A DNA stretch of 64,000 nt from Okamejei kenojei (lineage: Eukaryota): NCBI GenBank assembly GCA_035221665.1, contig CM069141.1:16120001-16184000 (forward strand), read 5' to 3'. Below the pieces are notes generated by a model. The model saw only the letters and a program-made list of their open reading frames with translations. It was not told where the DNA came from and did no database searches. A program made the translations under genes and the position numbers. This document shows, piece after piece, positions 46,816-59,855 of this stretch (positions are counted from its first letter, which is position 1; each line of letters starts with the position of its first letter).

Positions 46816-48996
46816 AGAGACTAGGGTCATGAACATAAAGAAAGTAGACTTTGATGGTATGAGATGGGAATTGGCTAGGATAGACTTGCAAATGGTACTT
46901 AAAGGGTTGACGGTGGAGATGCAATGGCAAAGATTTAAGGATTGCATGGATGAAGTACAAAAATTGTTCATCCCTGTCTGGCGAAAAAATATAACGGGGA
47001 AAGCGGCTCAACTGTGGCTAACGAGGGAAATTAAGGATAGTGTTAAATCCAAGGAAAAGATATATAAATTGGCCAGAGGAAGCAGCAAACCGGAGGACTG
47101 GGAGAAATATAGAACTCAACAGAGGACAAAGGGGTTAATTAAGAGGGGGAAATAGAGCACAAAAGAAAGCTTGCAGGGAATATAAAAATTGTAAAAGCAT
47201 TTTTAGGTATGTAAAGGGGAAAGGATTAGTGAAGACAAATGTAGGTCCCTTACAGTCAGCAACAGGTGAATTTATAATGGGAAACAAGGAAATGGCAGAC
47301 CAGTTAAACAAGTACTTTGGATCTGTTTTCACTAAGGAAGACACAAACAATCTCACAGAAATACTAGGTGCTGGGACCCCAGTTATTTACTTTATATATA
47401 TAAATTATTTAAACAAGAGAATTAAATGTGACATCTCCAAGTTTGCAGATGACACAAAGCTGGGTGGCAGTGTGAGCTGCAATGAGGATGCTATGAGGCT
47501 GCAGGGTGACTTGGATATGCTGGGTGAGTGGGCAGATGCATGGCAGATGCAGTAAAATGTGGATAAATGTGAGGTTATCCACTTTGGTGGCAAGAACAGG
47601 AAGGCAGATTATTATCTGAATGGTGTCAGATTAGGAAAAGGGGAGGTGCAACAAGACCTGGGTATGCTTGTACATCAGTTACTGAAAGTAAGCATGCAGG
47701 TGCAGCAGGCAGTGAAGAAAGCTAATGGCATGTTGGTCTTCATTGCTAGAGGATTTGAGTTTAGGAACAAGGAGGTCCTACTGCAGTTGTACAGGGCCCT
47801 GGTGAAACCACACCTGGAGTATTATGTGAAAGCCTTTGGTGTGCTGGCCTTTATAAATCAGAGCATTGAATATAGGAATAGGGAAGTAATGTTTAAAATT
47901 GTACAAGGCATTGGTAAGACCAATTCTGGAGTATGGTGTACAATTTTGGTCGCCTAGTTATAGGAAGGATATCAGCAAAATAGAGAGAGTACAGAGGAGA
48001 TTTACTAGAATGTTGCCAGGGTTCCAGCAACTATGTTACAGAGAAAGGTTGAACAAGTTAGGTCTTTATTCTTTGGAGCGCAGAAGGTTAAAGGGGGACT
48101 TGATTGAGGTCTTTAAAATGATGAAAGGGGTAGACAGAGTTGACGTGGATACGTTTTTCCCATTGAGGGTAGGGAAGATTCAAACAAGAGGGCATGACAT
48201 GAGAATTAAGGGACAGAAGTTTCGGGGTAACGTGAGGGGGAACTTCTTTACTCAGAGGGTGGTGGCTGTGTGGAATGAGCTTCCAGCAGAAGTGGTGGAG
48301 GCAGGATCGATTTTAACATTTAAGACTAAAGTGATAGGTATATGGACGTGAAGGGAATGGAGGGGTATGGTCTGAGTGCAGGTAGATGGGACTAGGGGAA
48401 AGCAAATGGTCGGCACGGACTGGAAGGGCCGAGAGGGCCTGTTTCCGTGCTGTAATTGTTATATGGTTATATGGTTATATGGTTATGTGCAGTTTTGGTC
48501 TCCTAATTTGAGAGTGTGGGAGTGTAGCGTAGGTTCACCAGGATAATTCCCGGGATGGTGGGACTGACGTATGAGGAAAGAATGGGTCGACTAGGCTTGT
48601 ATTCACTGGAATTTAGAAGGATGAGAGGGAATTTTATAGAAACATATAAAATTCTTAGGACAGGCTAGATGCAGGATAAATGTTCTCCGTGTTGGGGGAG
48701 TCCAGAACCAGGGGTCACAGTTTAAGAATAAGGGGTAGGCCATTTACGAGTGAGATGAGGAAAAACTTTTTCACCCAGAGAGTTGTGAATCTGTGGAATT
48801 CTCTGGCATAGAAAACAGTGGAGGCCAATTCACTGGATGTTTTCAAGAGAGAGTTATATTTAACTCTTAGGCTAATCGAAACAAGGGATACGTGGAAAAC
48901 GCAGGAATGGGATACTGATTTTGGATGATCAGCCATGATCATATTGAATAGCAGTGCAAATGGTCTACTCCTGCACCTATTTTCTATGTTTCTATA
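46816..48996 (+). mobile_element. CR1 LINE with large internal deletion, hosting a nested CR1
   Basis: KVDFDGMRWELARID; LNKYFGSVFTKED joined directly to KFADDTKLGG; TTTCTATG tail. Confidence 0.92.
47829..48482 (+). mobile_element. Young 5'-truncated CR1 with (ATATGGTT)n tail
   Basis: TTATGTG at 47822-47828 and 48483-48489; nearly identical to the reverse complement of 54379-55025. Confidence 0.95.
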
Positions 48997-50117
48997 TTTT
49001 TGCTGATGACAACATGTACCAGGTATTCAATTGCAAAAGTCAAAGGCTCAATTCTCTCTGATATTTACTGTTATGCCTGCTTTCCGCAGTCAGCATTATG
49101 GTTTATTGGCAGTGACAGTCGGGAGAGATGTGAAGTGGGTTAGTCTCCTTTACTGTGAGAAGCATAGACGTTTTATGTGAGGAGTTGCTGTACCTGCTGG
49201 CTTGTATTGTTTATCACAATCCACCTGAGATCTGATTTACCCATCCGGAAAATCAGAGTATTTCAACCACAAATTGGACAACTTTAGGATGTATTTGCAT
49301 CGTGTTCCTAGAAAATGGTCTGTATCACAATGTGCCACAGCGTGAAGCCATTTGTTCTGTCGAGAAACGCGAGTTGAAAAAAGTACATGTGTGTATATTT
49401 TTATTTTTTTCTGTAACAGTGAATCCAAATTCTGTAAGAGCAAATTTTATTCTGTATCTCAAACATTTGGAGTCATAGACTTGGATTCACATTTAGTCAT
49501 AGAATCACATTTGGATAATGATTTGTGAATTCTGTAAGGGAGAGTTTCCATTTGCTGAACGGCCATAACACAGGAGTCACAATTTGATCTGTTGTATTGG
49601 TTTAAAATACAAAGTGGTGGTAGTCTGTCCCATGCCTTCTCTCCCACCCAACCAACTTTAATTTTAAAAATTCTGCCTTTTTTTTAGATGTTTGGGCACA
49701 AATAGTTGCAGATAATATATCGGCACAATTTATCAATACATTCCAATGTTACTAGAAAATGTCCCTCGGAACTTTTTAAGTCAATTGGAGCTTAGTTCAT
49801 GAAACTCATAGATACTGAACTAGAGTAATAATTGAATAATTATGTTGCATTTTACAATAGGTCAAAATGCTGCCCAATTGCACTCTTTTCTGGAAGCTTT
49901 TATATTTTGCCACCGAATCTTTAAATTATAAAAGTAAATACAGTACATACAAATGTAATTTCATTACCATGGGTTTGAGCGACAATTTGGGGTTGGAAAA
50001 CCGTATTGCAAGGTTGTCATAAGTTGTATGCAGATTGCATATTGACGCCTCATAATATAATTACATTTGGCCAAAATATTTGAATTCAAACAACTATTAT
50101 CCAAATGGAATCCAACA

Positions 50118-50528
50118 TGTAGAAAGGAGCTGCACATGCACTGAATGTAGACACAAAACGCTGGTGTAACTCAGCGGGTCAGGCAGCATTTCTAGAGAAA
50201 ATTAACAAGTGATATTTCGGGTCGAGAACCTTCTTCAGACTGAGAGTCGGGAGAAGAAAATTAGTGTTTATAAAAGGTACATAGCACAAATGAATGAAAG
50301 ATAAGGAAAAAGCAACAATGATCAAGGAAAGGTGAAGCCCACAATGGCCCATTGTGGGCTGTAAGGAAAGGTGGTAACGGGTTATACAAACAGTGAAACC
50401 CAACAGTGAAACTAGTACGACGACAAGGGTGGTGGAGGGACAGAGACAGCGGGAATGCAAAGGTTACTTGATATTAGAGAAATTCATATTCATACCGTTG
50501 GGTTGTAAGCTGCCCCAGCAAAATATAT
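50118..50528 (-). mobile_element. Old Penelope-like 3' fragment with decayed hammerhead
   Basis: GATATTTCGGGTCGAGAACCTTCTTCAGAC; ORF-end homology at 50460-50528. Confidence 0.82.
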
Positions 50529-50569
50529 CTAACAATGAAAACAGTAGCAGCAAGAGACCAGCAGGCCAA

Positions 50570-50635
50570 CAGTCAAGTCAATTTTATTTCTATAGCATAT
50601 TTAAAAACAACTCTCGTTGACCAAAGTGCCTTAAC
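50570..50635 (-). mobile_element. L2-type 3' tail fragment
   Basis: Minus strand GCACTTTGGTCAACGAGAGTTGTTTTTAAATATGCTATAGAAATAAAATTGACTTGAC. Confidence 0.6.
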
Positions 50636-50639
50636 ATTA

Positions 50640-51905
50640 ATAGGATAATGATGGCCTTAACTCCTCTCATGTACATGTTCACCATAACCCTCACTTCCCT
50701 GATTTTTCAAATATCTTAATGCCATCTTAAATATTTCTCATGAGCTCGTTGCTAGTGCTTTCTGGAACAGAGAGTTCCAGCAATTCACTGCACTTTGAGG
50801 GAAGTAATTTCTATGGCTTCAATGTGAAATGACCATCCACTCATCTCGTAACTATGACCTCTGTCCAAGATACTTCCATTACTGAAAACAACTCAGCTCC
50901 TACCCTCTCAAGCCTTCTTAGGAGTTTGAATTAGGTCACCCCACATTATTCTAATCTCAATCACAATCACAATCACAATAATACTTTATTGCAAACCAAG
51001 TATGGTTTGCAATAAATGCGAGGAATTTCATTAACCAAGTCAGTCATACAAATAAAAAGCAACAGAACACACAAAACACATTTTAACAAAAACATCCACC
51101 ACAGAGACTGCTCCACATTCCTCACTGTGATGGAAGGCGAAAAAAAGTTCAATCCCTTCCCTTAACTTTCCGGCGGTGGGGGGCCTCGAGTCCTCTGTTG
51201 ACGGGACGATCCTGACTCCCGTAGTCAGCGGCATTTTGGGCCCTCCACGTGGGGGCGATTCAGCTCCTGCATCGGGGGGGGATGTCAGCTCCCCCGCGCC
51301 AGGCGATCGAACCCAGCGTCAGGGCTGGTCGAACCTCTGCGTTTGTCGGAGCTCCCGACTAGCCTCTACCGACTGCGAGCACTTGATGGTAAGTCCGCAG
51401 GCCGCGGTTGGTGCAATCCCAGGCAAGGGATCAGCTCCGATATTAAGTTCTTGCCCCGCGGTGGGGCCCAAGGTCAGTCTGAGGAGGCCTCCATCTCCGT
51501 CGATGGTAGGCCGCAAAGCAACCGGAGACGTGACCCGGAAACATTGCGTCTCCGGAAAGGTAAGAAACGGAAAAATAGATAGTTACCCCCTCCCCCCACA
51601 GTATAACAAACCAGAGAACATTTACACAAACTTACAAAACACCCTAAAACATTTTTAAAAACAAACAGACTGTTGGCAGGGCTGCTAATCGTTTGGCGCC
51701 CCTGGTGGTGAACAGGGGTTTGATGATCATCGAATAATGGATCCCTAGCTCTCCTGATATGACAACTCTCTCATCCCAGCAATAGGTTTCATGAGGTTCC
51801 TTTGTCTGACTCTAATGCTATCATATCTTTCTTATGTGTGGAGACCAAAACTGCGTGCAATACTTCAGATGTTTCCAACAATGCCTTATTCCTCTCTATT
51901 TTAAA
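50640..51905 (-). mobile_element. Very old CR1 3' fragment split by the GC-rich element
   Basis: GGAGACCAAAACTGCGTGCAATAC (minus: YCTQFWSP) near 51840. Confidence 0.6.
50959..51710 (-). mobile_element. Unclassified GC-rich non-autonomous retroposon, copy 2
   Basis: (GTGATT)n tail after AATAAA on the minus strand; shared motifs. Confidence 0.7.
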
Positions 51906-51918
51906 ACACAACCCCCAT

Positions 51919-52230
51919 GGGCGGCACAGTGGCGCATTCGTAGAGTTACAGTGCTTGCAACACCGGAGACCCGGGTTCGATCCCGACTACGGGTGCTGAA
52001 AGTACAGAGCTTGCACTTTCTCCCAGTAACCGCACGGGTTTTCTCCGAGATTCCTTTGGTTTCCTCCCACACTCCAAAGACATACAGGTATGTAGGTTAA
52101 TTGGCTCGGTGTACATGTAAATTGTCCATCGTGTGTGTGGGGTAGTGTTAATGTGCGGGGATCGCTGGTCGGCGTGGAACGGTGGGCCGAAGGGGCTATT
52201 TCCACGCTGTATCTCTAAACTAAACTAAAC
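51919..52230 (+). mobile_element. HE1-like V-SINE, full length
   Basis: GGGCGGCACAGTGGCGC...GGTTCGATCCC; TAAACTAAACTAAAC tail. Confidence 0.92.
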
Positions 52231-52240
52231 TTCACAATAA

Positions 52241-52460
52241 AGTTAGTTAATTTATTGTCACGTGTACCGAGGTAGAGTGAAACGTTTTTTCGTTGTGCGT
52301 TCTGCAGTCAGCGGAAAGATTATACATGATTACAATCGAGCTGTCCACAGTGTACAGATACAGGGTAAAGGGAATAATGTTTAGTGCAAGATAAAGTCCC
52401 GTCGTAAAGTCCGATTAAAGAAAATCCGAGAGATGATCCGAGAGGTACCTGATAACAGGA
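52241..52460 (-). mobile_element. Rex1-like LINE 3' tail fragment
   Basis: TTTATTGTCACGTGTACCGAGGTA. Confidence 0.7.
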
Positions 52461-53194
52461 CAAATTAAGGGCCAAAGGGGTGTTTGCTGCCTTAACGACT
52501 AGTTGGATCTGCCTATTAGCTTTTCATGTTTAGTGTACTAGAACACCTAAATCCCTCAGTACTTCACTCATTTGCCATCTCTCTCCGTTTAGAAAATAAT
52601 CCGCCTTTTACCAAAATGCAAGACCTCAAATATTTCCCCACAATAATCTCCATTTGTCAGTTTTTCGACAAATCATTCAATCCATTTGCATCCTTGTGCA
52701 ATGTCCTCACCACAACATGCCCTTCCTCCTATTTTTGTATCATCAGCATCCAATTTTAGAATGTGTTTTTTTAGCCTCCAGTCATATGCGACATCAAAAC
52801 ACGTGTAAACATTGATAATTACACAAAATGCTGGTGTAACTCAGTGGTTTAGTCAGCATCCCAGGAATGATCCCACAAGTGAGTAGGTTAACATATGATG
52901 AGCGTTTGACGGCACTGGGCCTGTATTCGCTGGAGTTTTGAAGAATGAGGGGGATCTCATTGAAACGTACAGAATAATGAAAGGCTTGGATAGAGTGGAT
53001 GTGGAGAGGATGTTTCCACTAGTGGGAGAGTCTAGGACTAGAGGTTATAACATCAGAATTAGAGGACGTTCGTTTAGGAAGGAGATGAGGAGGAATCTCT
53101 TTAGTCAGAAGGTGGTGAATCTGTAGAATTCTTTGTCACAGAAGGCTGTGGAGGCAAAGTCAGTGGATATATTTAAGACAGAGATAGATAGATT

Positions 53195-53883
53195 TTTTCC
53201 GCAGAGACCAGCTCCCTCCATAACTCCCTGGTCAATTCGTCCCTTCCCACACACACCACCCCTCCCCATGCACTTTCCCTTGCAACCAGAGGAAATGCTA
53301 CACTTGTCGCTTTACCTCCCCCTTTGACTCCAAGGACCTAAGCAGTCTTTCCAGATGAGGCAGAGGTTCACCTGCACCTCTTCCAACCTCATCTATTGCA
53401 TCCGCTGCTCTAGGTGTCAACTGCTCTACATCAGTGAGACCAAGCGCAGGCTTGGCGATCGCTTCGCCCAACACCTCCGCACCGTTCGCATTAACCAACC
53501 TGATCTCCCGGTGGCTCAGCACTTCAACTCCCCCTCCCATTCCGAGTCCGACCTTTCTGTCCTGGGCCTCCTCCATGACCAGAGTGAGTTCCACCGCAAA
53601 TTGGAGGAGCAGCACCTCATATTTCGCTTGGGCAGTTAACACCCCAGCGGTATGAACATTGACTTCTCCAATTTCAGGAAGTCCTTGTTTTCTCCCTCCT
53701 TCCCCTCCCCTTCCCAGCTCTCCCACAGCCCACTATCTCCGCCTCTTCCTTTCTTCTTCCCCCCCCCCCCCCCCCCACCCCCACATCGGTCTGAAGAAGG
53801 GTCTGGACCCGAAACGTCACCTATTCCTTCGCTCCTTAGATGCTGCCTCACCCGTTGAGTTTCTCCAACATTTTTGTCTACCT
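53195..53883 (+). mobile_element. 5'-truncated Penelope-like element (GIY-YIG, 3' UTR, hammerhead)
   Basis: NLIYCIRCSRCQLLYISETKRRLGDRFAQH; 10-bp TSD TAGATAGATT at 53185-53194 and 53884-53893. Confidence 0.95.
53788..53821 (+). ncRNA. Minimal type-I hammerhead motif
   Basis: GGT CTGAAGA A GGGTC TG GACCC GAAACGTC ACC; stem I GGT:ACC. Confidence 0.78.
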
Positions 53884-54019
53884 TAGATAGATTCTTGATT
53901 AGTACAGGTGTCAGAGGTTCTGGGGAGAAGGCAGGAGAATGGGGTTAGAAGGGAGAGGTAGATCAGCCATGATTGAATGGCGGAGTAGACGTGATGGGCC
54001 GAACACTTATAATTTTATG

Positions 54020-54298
54020 ATCTCTGGAGAAAACAAATAGGTGACGTTTCGGGTCAGGACACTTCTCCAGCCTGAAGAAGCGTAGCAACCTGAAACAACA
54101 CCTATATTTTTTTTATCAGTGATGCTGCCTAACCCGCTGAGATACACCAGCATTTTGTGTATATCTTCAGTACAATATTAAGCAGATGCTGGTATACACC
54201 AAAGATAGACACAAAGTGCTGGAGTAACTCAACGGGTCAGGCAGCATCTCTGGAGAAAAAGGATGGGTGATGTTTCGGGTCGGGACCCTTCTTCAGAC
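54020..54298. mobile_element. Cluster of three decayed Penelope 3'-end/hammerhead units (minus, plus, minus)
   Basis: Cores near 54040-54070, 54072-54100 and 54267-54296. Confidence 0.78.
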
Positions 54299-54378
54299 AT
54301 ATTCAATGTCTGTGTTGACTCCATAATCATTGCTGCTATTTTATTGCATGCTTGAAATTTTGTACTGGGAACCCGATT

Positions 54379-56790
54379 AACCATATATAACCATATAACA
54401 ATTACAGCACGGAAACAGGCCCTCTCGGCCCTTCCAGTCCGTGCCGACCATTTGTTTTCTCCTAGTCCCATCTACCTGCACTCAGACCATACCCCTCCAT
54501 TCCCTTCACGTCCATATACCTATCCACTTTACTCTTAAATGTTAAAATCGATCCTGCCTCCACCACTTCTGCTGGAAGCTCATTCCACACAGCCACCACC
54601 CTCTGAGTAAAGAAGTTCCCCCTCACGTTACCCCGAAACGTCTGTCCCTTAATTATCATGTCATGCCCTCTTGTTTGAATCTTCCCTACCCTCAATGGGA
54701 AAAACGTATCCACGTCAACTCTGTCTATCCCTTTCATCATTTTAAAGACCTCAATCAAGTCCCCCCTTAATCTTCTGCGCTCCAAAGAATAAAGACCTAA
54801 CTTGTTCAACCTTTCTCTGTAACATAGTTGCTGGAACCCTGGCAACATTCTAGTAAATCTCCTCTGTACTCTCTCTATTTTGTTGACATCCTTCCTATAA
54901 TTAGGGGACCAAAATTGTACACCATACTCCAGAATTGGTCTTACCAATGCCTTGTACAATTTTAACATTACTTCCCTACTCCTATATTCAATGCTCTGAT
55001 TTATAAAGGCCAGCACACCAAAGGCTTTCTTTACCACCCTATCTACATGCGATTCCACCTTCAGGGAACTATGCACAGTTATTCCTAGATCCCTCTGTTC
55101 CACAGCATTCCTCAATTCCCTACCATTTACCATGTACTTCCTATTTTGATTTGTCCTGCCAAGATGTAGCACTTCACACTTAACAGCATTAAACTCCATC
55201 TGCCATCTTTCAGCCCACTTTTCCAAATGGCCCAAATCTCTCTGTAGACTTTGAAAATCTACTTCATTATCCACACACCACCTATCATAGTATCATCTGC
55301 ATACTTACTTATCCAATTTTCCACCCCATCATCCAGATCATTGATGTAAATGACAAACAACAGTGGACCCAACACAGATCCCTGAGGCACCCCACTGGTC
55401 ACCGGCTTCCAGCCTGACAAACAGCCATCCACCATTACTCTCTGACATCTCCCATTCAGCCACTGTTGAATCCATCTTGCTACTCCGCCATTAACACCCA
55501 AAGATTGAACCTTCTTAACCAACCTTCCATGGGGAACCTTGTCAAAGGCCTTACTGAAATCCATATAGACAACATCCACTGCTTTACCCTCATCAATTTC
55601 CCTAGTTACCGCTTCAAAAAATTCAAGAAGGTTTGTCAAACATGACCTTCCAGCACAAATCCATGTTGACTGTTCCTGATCAGACCCTGTTTATCCAGAT
55701 GCTTATATATATTACCTCTAAGTATCCTTTCCATTAATTTGCCCACCACTGACGTCAAACTAATAGGTCTATAATTGCTAGGTTTATTCTTTGAACCCTT
55801 TTTAAACAATGGAACAACATGCGCAGTACGCCAATCCTCCGGCACTATTCCCGTTTCTAATGACATTTGAAATATTTCTGTCATAGCTCCTACTATTTCT
55901 ACACTAACTTCACCCAATGTCCTAGGGAATATCCTGTCAGGACCTGGAGACTTATCCACTTTTATATTTTTCAAAAGTGTCAGTACTTCCTCCTCTTTGA
56001 ATCTCATAGTTTCCATAGCTACTCTACTTTTTCCCTTTAACTCACAGAGTTCAATATCCTTCTCCTTGGTGAATACCGAAGAAAATAAATTGTTCAATAT
56101 CTCCCCCATCTCTTTTGGCTCTGCAGATAGCTGTCCATTCTGGTTCTCTAATGGTCCAATTTTATCCCTCGTTATCCTTTTGCTATTAATATAACTGTAG
56201 AAACCCTTTGGGTTTACTTTCACCTTTCTTGCCAAAGCAACCTCATATCTTCTTTTAGCCTTCCTAATTTATTTCTTAAGATTCTTTTTACATTCTTTAT
56301 ACTCCTCTAGCACCTCATTTACTCCATGCCTCCTATAATTATTGTAGATATCTCTCTTTTTTCGAAACAAGTGTCCAATTTCCCTTGAAAACCATGGCTC
56401 TTTCCAATTTTTACTATTTCCTTTCAACCTAACAGGGACATAAAGATTATGTACTCTTACAATTTCCCCTTTAAATGTCCTCCATTTCTCTTCTACATCC
56501 TTCCCATGAAACAAAGTGTCCCAATTCACTCCTTTAAAATCCTTACGCATTCCCTCAAAGTTAGCCTTTCTCCAATCAAAAATCTCCACCCTAGGTCCAG
56601 TTCTGACTCTCTCCATAATTATATTGAAACTAATGGTATTTTGATCACTGGTCCCGAAGTGCTCACCAATGCATACCTCCGTCACCTGACCTGCCTCATT
56701 TCCTAACAGGAGGTCCAGCACTGCCCCTTCTCTGGTCGATACCTCTATGTACTGCTGCAAAAAAACTATCCTGCACACATTTTACAAACT
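54379..56790 (-). mobile_element. Young 2.4-kb 5'-truncated CR1 LINE (endonuclease end, RT, tail)
   Basis: Four consecutive ORF pieces: [39 protein letters not shown]; (ATATGGTT)n tail. Confidence 0.97.
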
Positions 56791-56989
56791 AATTAATAGA
56801 ATGAATTGGAAGAATGGAAATAGTCTGACATAAATTAATTCATTTCTAATTACATTGAAAAATAATGTTTTTAGTTGCAATCTGCTTTTGACTGAAATAC
56901 GTTAGATTTTATTTTGAAGGTGTGACCTTGAACCAGATGTTAATTATGTAGCGGTGTTCTTGTGCGTCAGTAGATGCATAAATACCTTC

Positions 56990-57148
56990 CAACCTCTTGG
57001 TTCCCATTCTCCTGACTCTGTCTGAAGGAGACTAGCCCTAGCCCTAACCCGAAGCATCACCTATTGCTTTTCCCCAGTGACGCTGCCTGACCCGCTGAGT
57101 TACTCCAGCATTTTGTGTCTATCTTCGGTTTAACCTTCCTTCCTACAC
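56990..57148 (+). mobile_element. Decayed Penelope-like 3' end
   Basis: GTCTGAAGGAG...CCCGAAGCATCACC...CAGCATTTTGTGTCTATC. Confidence 0.75.
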
Positions 57149-57699
57149 ATGCATCGAATATCTATTTGTTATCTCATGGAATTTACCTTTTGTTCCATTG
57201 GTTGCTTTTGGGTGCTATCGTCTTCATATCTTAAAGATTCTATGACGTCCTAAGGGCCTAATCGTTCTTTCAAAAATCAAAACGTGGAAACAAATTCACA
57301 CATAAGTTTATTAATTAGGTTGTTTGCACTGCATGAATAGGTTGGGATTCTCTAACATCTAGTAATCATGTAAAAGGCTCACTGGTAGATTTGGTAAATC
57401 AGATTACACTGTTCACCTGAAAACTGTTCTATTTAACATCTCACAAACTGAATTTATGCAGTTACACCTATTAATTTCCAACATTATAATTTGCCTGCTG
57501 GGGATCAAATACTGAGATTTCAGAAGACAAACAAAATATCAGAATACTGCAGCAGTTATTAAAAAAAAATAAAACTATAGAAGGCACATTTGAGGACATT
57601 CAATTTTAAAATTAATCTTGTACTCTTGTTGGTGATTGTTTGTATTTGGTAAAACAGTGAGAACTTGACTTTCCTTTCAAGTGGAAATCCTTATTACGC

Positions 57700-59132
57700 A
57701 AGGTGCTTTGAGAGGTTGCTTATAGTGCATATCAACTCCTACCTCAACAAGAACCTCGACCCACTACAGTTTGCCTACTGTCACCACAGGTCACTGGCAT
57801 CTCACTGGCACTTCACTCCACTCTGGGCCACTTGGACAATAAAAACACTTATATCAGGCTGTTGTTTATAGACTACAGCTCAGCATTCAATGCCTTCATT
57901 CCCTCCAAACTGGTTACCAAGCTCACCAAGGAGCTGAGTCGCTGTGCATCCCTCTGCAATTGGATCCTCGACTTCCTCATCCACAGACACAGTCTGCTCG
58001 AATTGGCAGAAATACTTCTTCCTCATTAGCAATCAGTACGGGAGCACCTCAAGGCCGCGTGCTCAGCCCCCTGCTCTATTCACTCTATACTCATGACTGT
58101 GTAGCCGGACACAGTGCAAACTCCATCTTCAAGTTCGCCGACAACAACACCATTGTTGGATGACTTTCAGATGGTGATGAGTCGGAGAAGAGAAGTGAGA
58201 TCGATCGATTGACCAAATGATGCCAGCACAACAACCTGGCTCTCAATATCAGTAAAACCAATGAACTGATTGTGGGCTTTGGAAGAGGAAGGATGAGGAC
58301 CCACGATCCTGTTTATATCAACGGGACAACGGTGGAGAGGGTCAAAAAACGTCAAATTCCTGGGCGTGCATATTTCCAAAGATCTTTCTTGGACACAGCA
58401 CACTGATGCAATTATAAATAAAACGCATCAACATCTCTACTTCCTGAGAAGATTACAAAGATTCAGTATGTCAGAGAGGATTCTCATGAACTTCTACAGG
58501 TCTACAGTAGACAGCACATTGACTGGTTGCATCACGGCATGGTTCGGCAACTTGAACGCCCAGGAGCGAAAAAGACTGCAAACATTTGTGAACACTGCCC
58601 GGTCCATCACCGGCTCTGACCTCCCCACCGTCGAAGGGATTTATCGATCGTTGCCTCAAAAAGGCAGCCAACATAATCAGAGACCCACACCATCCTGGCT
58701 ACACATTCATTTCTCCCCTGCCATCGGGAAGAAGTTACAGGAGCCTGAAAACTGTAACATCCAAGTTCAGGAACAGCTTCTTTGCTTCTTCCATACAGCC
58801 ATCAGGCTATTAGAACAATCTCAAATAAGCGCTGAACTACAATAGACTATTATGATTATTATATATTACGNNNNNNNNNNNNNNNNNNNNNNNNNNNNNN
58901 NNNNNNNNNNNNNNNNNNNNNNNNNNNNNNNNNNNNNNNNNNNNNNNNNNNNNNNNNNNNNNNNNNNNNNNNNNNNNNNNNNNNNNNNNNNNNNNNNNNN
59001 NNNNNNNNNNNNNNNTTCTCATTTATTATATTGTTTACAGTGTACTATATTTACATATTCTGTTGTGCTGAAGCAAATAAGAATTTAATTGTTCTATCTG
59101 GAACATATGATAAAAAAACACGCTTGACTTGA
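57700..59132 (+). mobile_element. Rex1/Babar-like LINE (family B), spanning the assembly gap
   Basis: CFERL..LDPLQFAY; LFIDYSSAFN; GAPQGRVLSPLLYSLYTHDC; homologous to 38108-39060. Confidence 0.9.
58871..59015. other. Assembly gap (run of N)
   Basis: Ns within the Rex1 3' UTR, where the 38108 copy has TA/TG microsatellite. Confidence 0.99.
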
Positions 59133-59394
59133 AATATTAGTAGTTACACAGGTAAATTCCAGCACTAAAACGCCTCATAAGAAATAAATCAGACCCAAAT
59201 GCTTGGATTGTAAACACTATAGTGCAGAATAATATTCCCATTCCACATAATTATAAATGCACCATCTAACTCAAGCAGAGAGTAGAAGGTTGGCCCAGTT
59301 GGTAAAGCTGTTAAAATATACAAACACAATGGCTAAAAATATTGAATAATTGTTTCACATTTTCCTACTCACCTTTCTGTCATGACTGCTGTTC

Positions 59395-59501
59395 AGGGGC
59401 TGTCCCACTGCGGCGACCTAATCCGTGAGTTAAGAAGACTATCTTCGACCTTCAAGCTCGAGGGCACTCTCCTGGAAAACCACGAGCTGGATCGACTGAG
59501 C

Positions 59502-59540
<39 letters not shown>

Positions 59541-59852
59541 GGTCAGCGAAGGAGATTGCCTATGGTTGTCCTCGACTGCCTGTAACTAAATAGCGACCCC
59601 ACTCCACTGCACTACGAGTTAAAAAGAACCATGCCAACCAAATTTTACTTGCGGAAAATTTTCCAACATGCTAAAAAGATGTCCGCGACCTAGTTGAGGC
59701 CGCGAGTATTCGGGAACTTCCCTCGAGCATCTAGGAGAGTTCCAGTGACCCATAGGACCTCCTAGGACCACGTGTCAACAATGCTGCGAGTTTGAGTCGT
59801 GGGCAAATTCGTCTAAACTTGCATATTAGCTCACCGCAGTGGGACAGCCCCT
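59395..59852. mobile_element. MITE (PIF/Harbinger-like) containing (CA)n
   Basis: 19-bp perfect TIR AGGGGCTGTCCCACTGCGG; flanks TTC / TTA. Confidence 0.88.
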
Positions 59853-59855
59853 TTA

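Larger units (their letters stand above)
52860..54020 (+). mobile_element. CR1 3' fragment split by a Penelope-like insertion
   Basis: GDLIETYRIMKGLDRVDVERMFPL; resumes at 53884. Confidence 0.88.

Noticed and set aside
49237-49443. Possible exon (minus-strand ORF ending at a donor; 14-nt plus-strand micro-exon 49420-49433)
   Set aside because: No recognisable protein; 14 nt is not frame-preserving; weak signals
51696-51710. CTCF-like motif at the head of the GC-rich elements (also ~12582-12596)
   Set aside because: One-base register shift in the GGGGGC core in both copies
51919-51990. tRNA-like A and B boxes
   Set aside because: SINE heads continuing into V core and LINE tail, not tRNA genes
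57032-57050. Telomere-like CCCTAG/CCCTAA in a decayed hammerhead stem
   Set aside because: Only one exact unit; local slippage is enough to explain it
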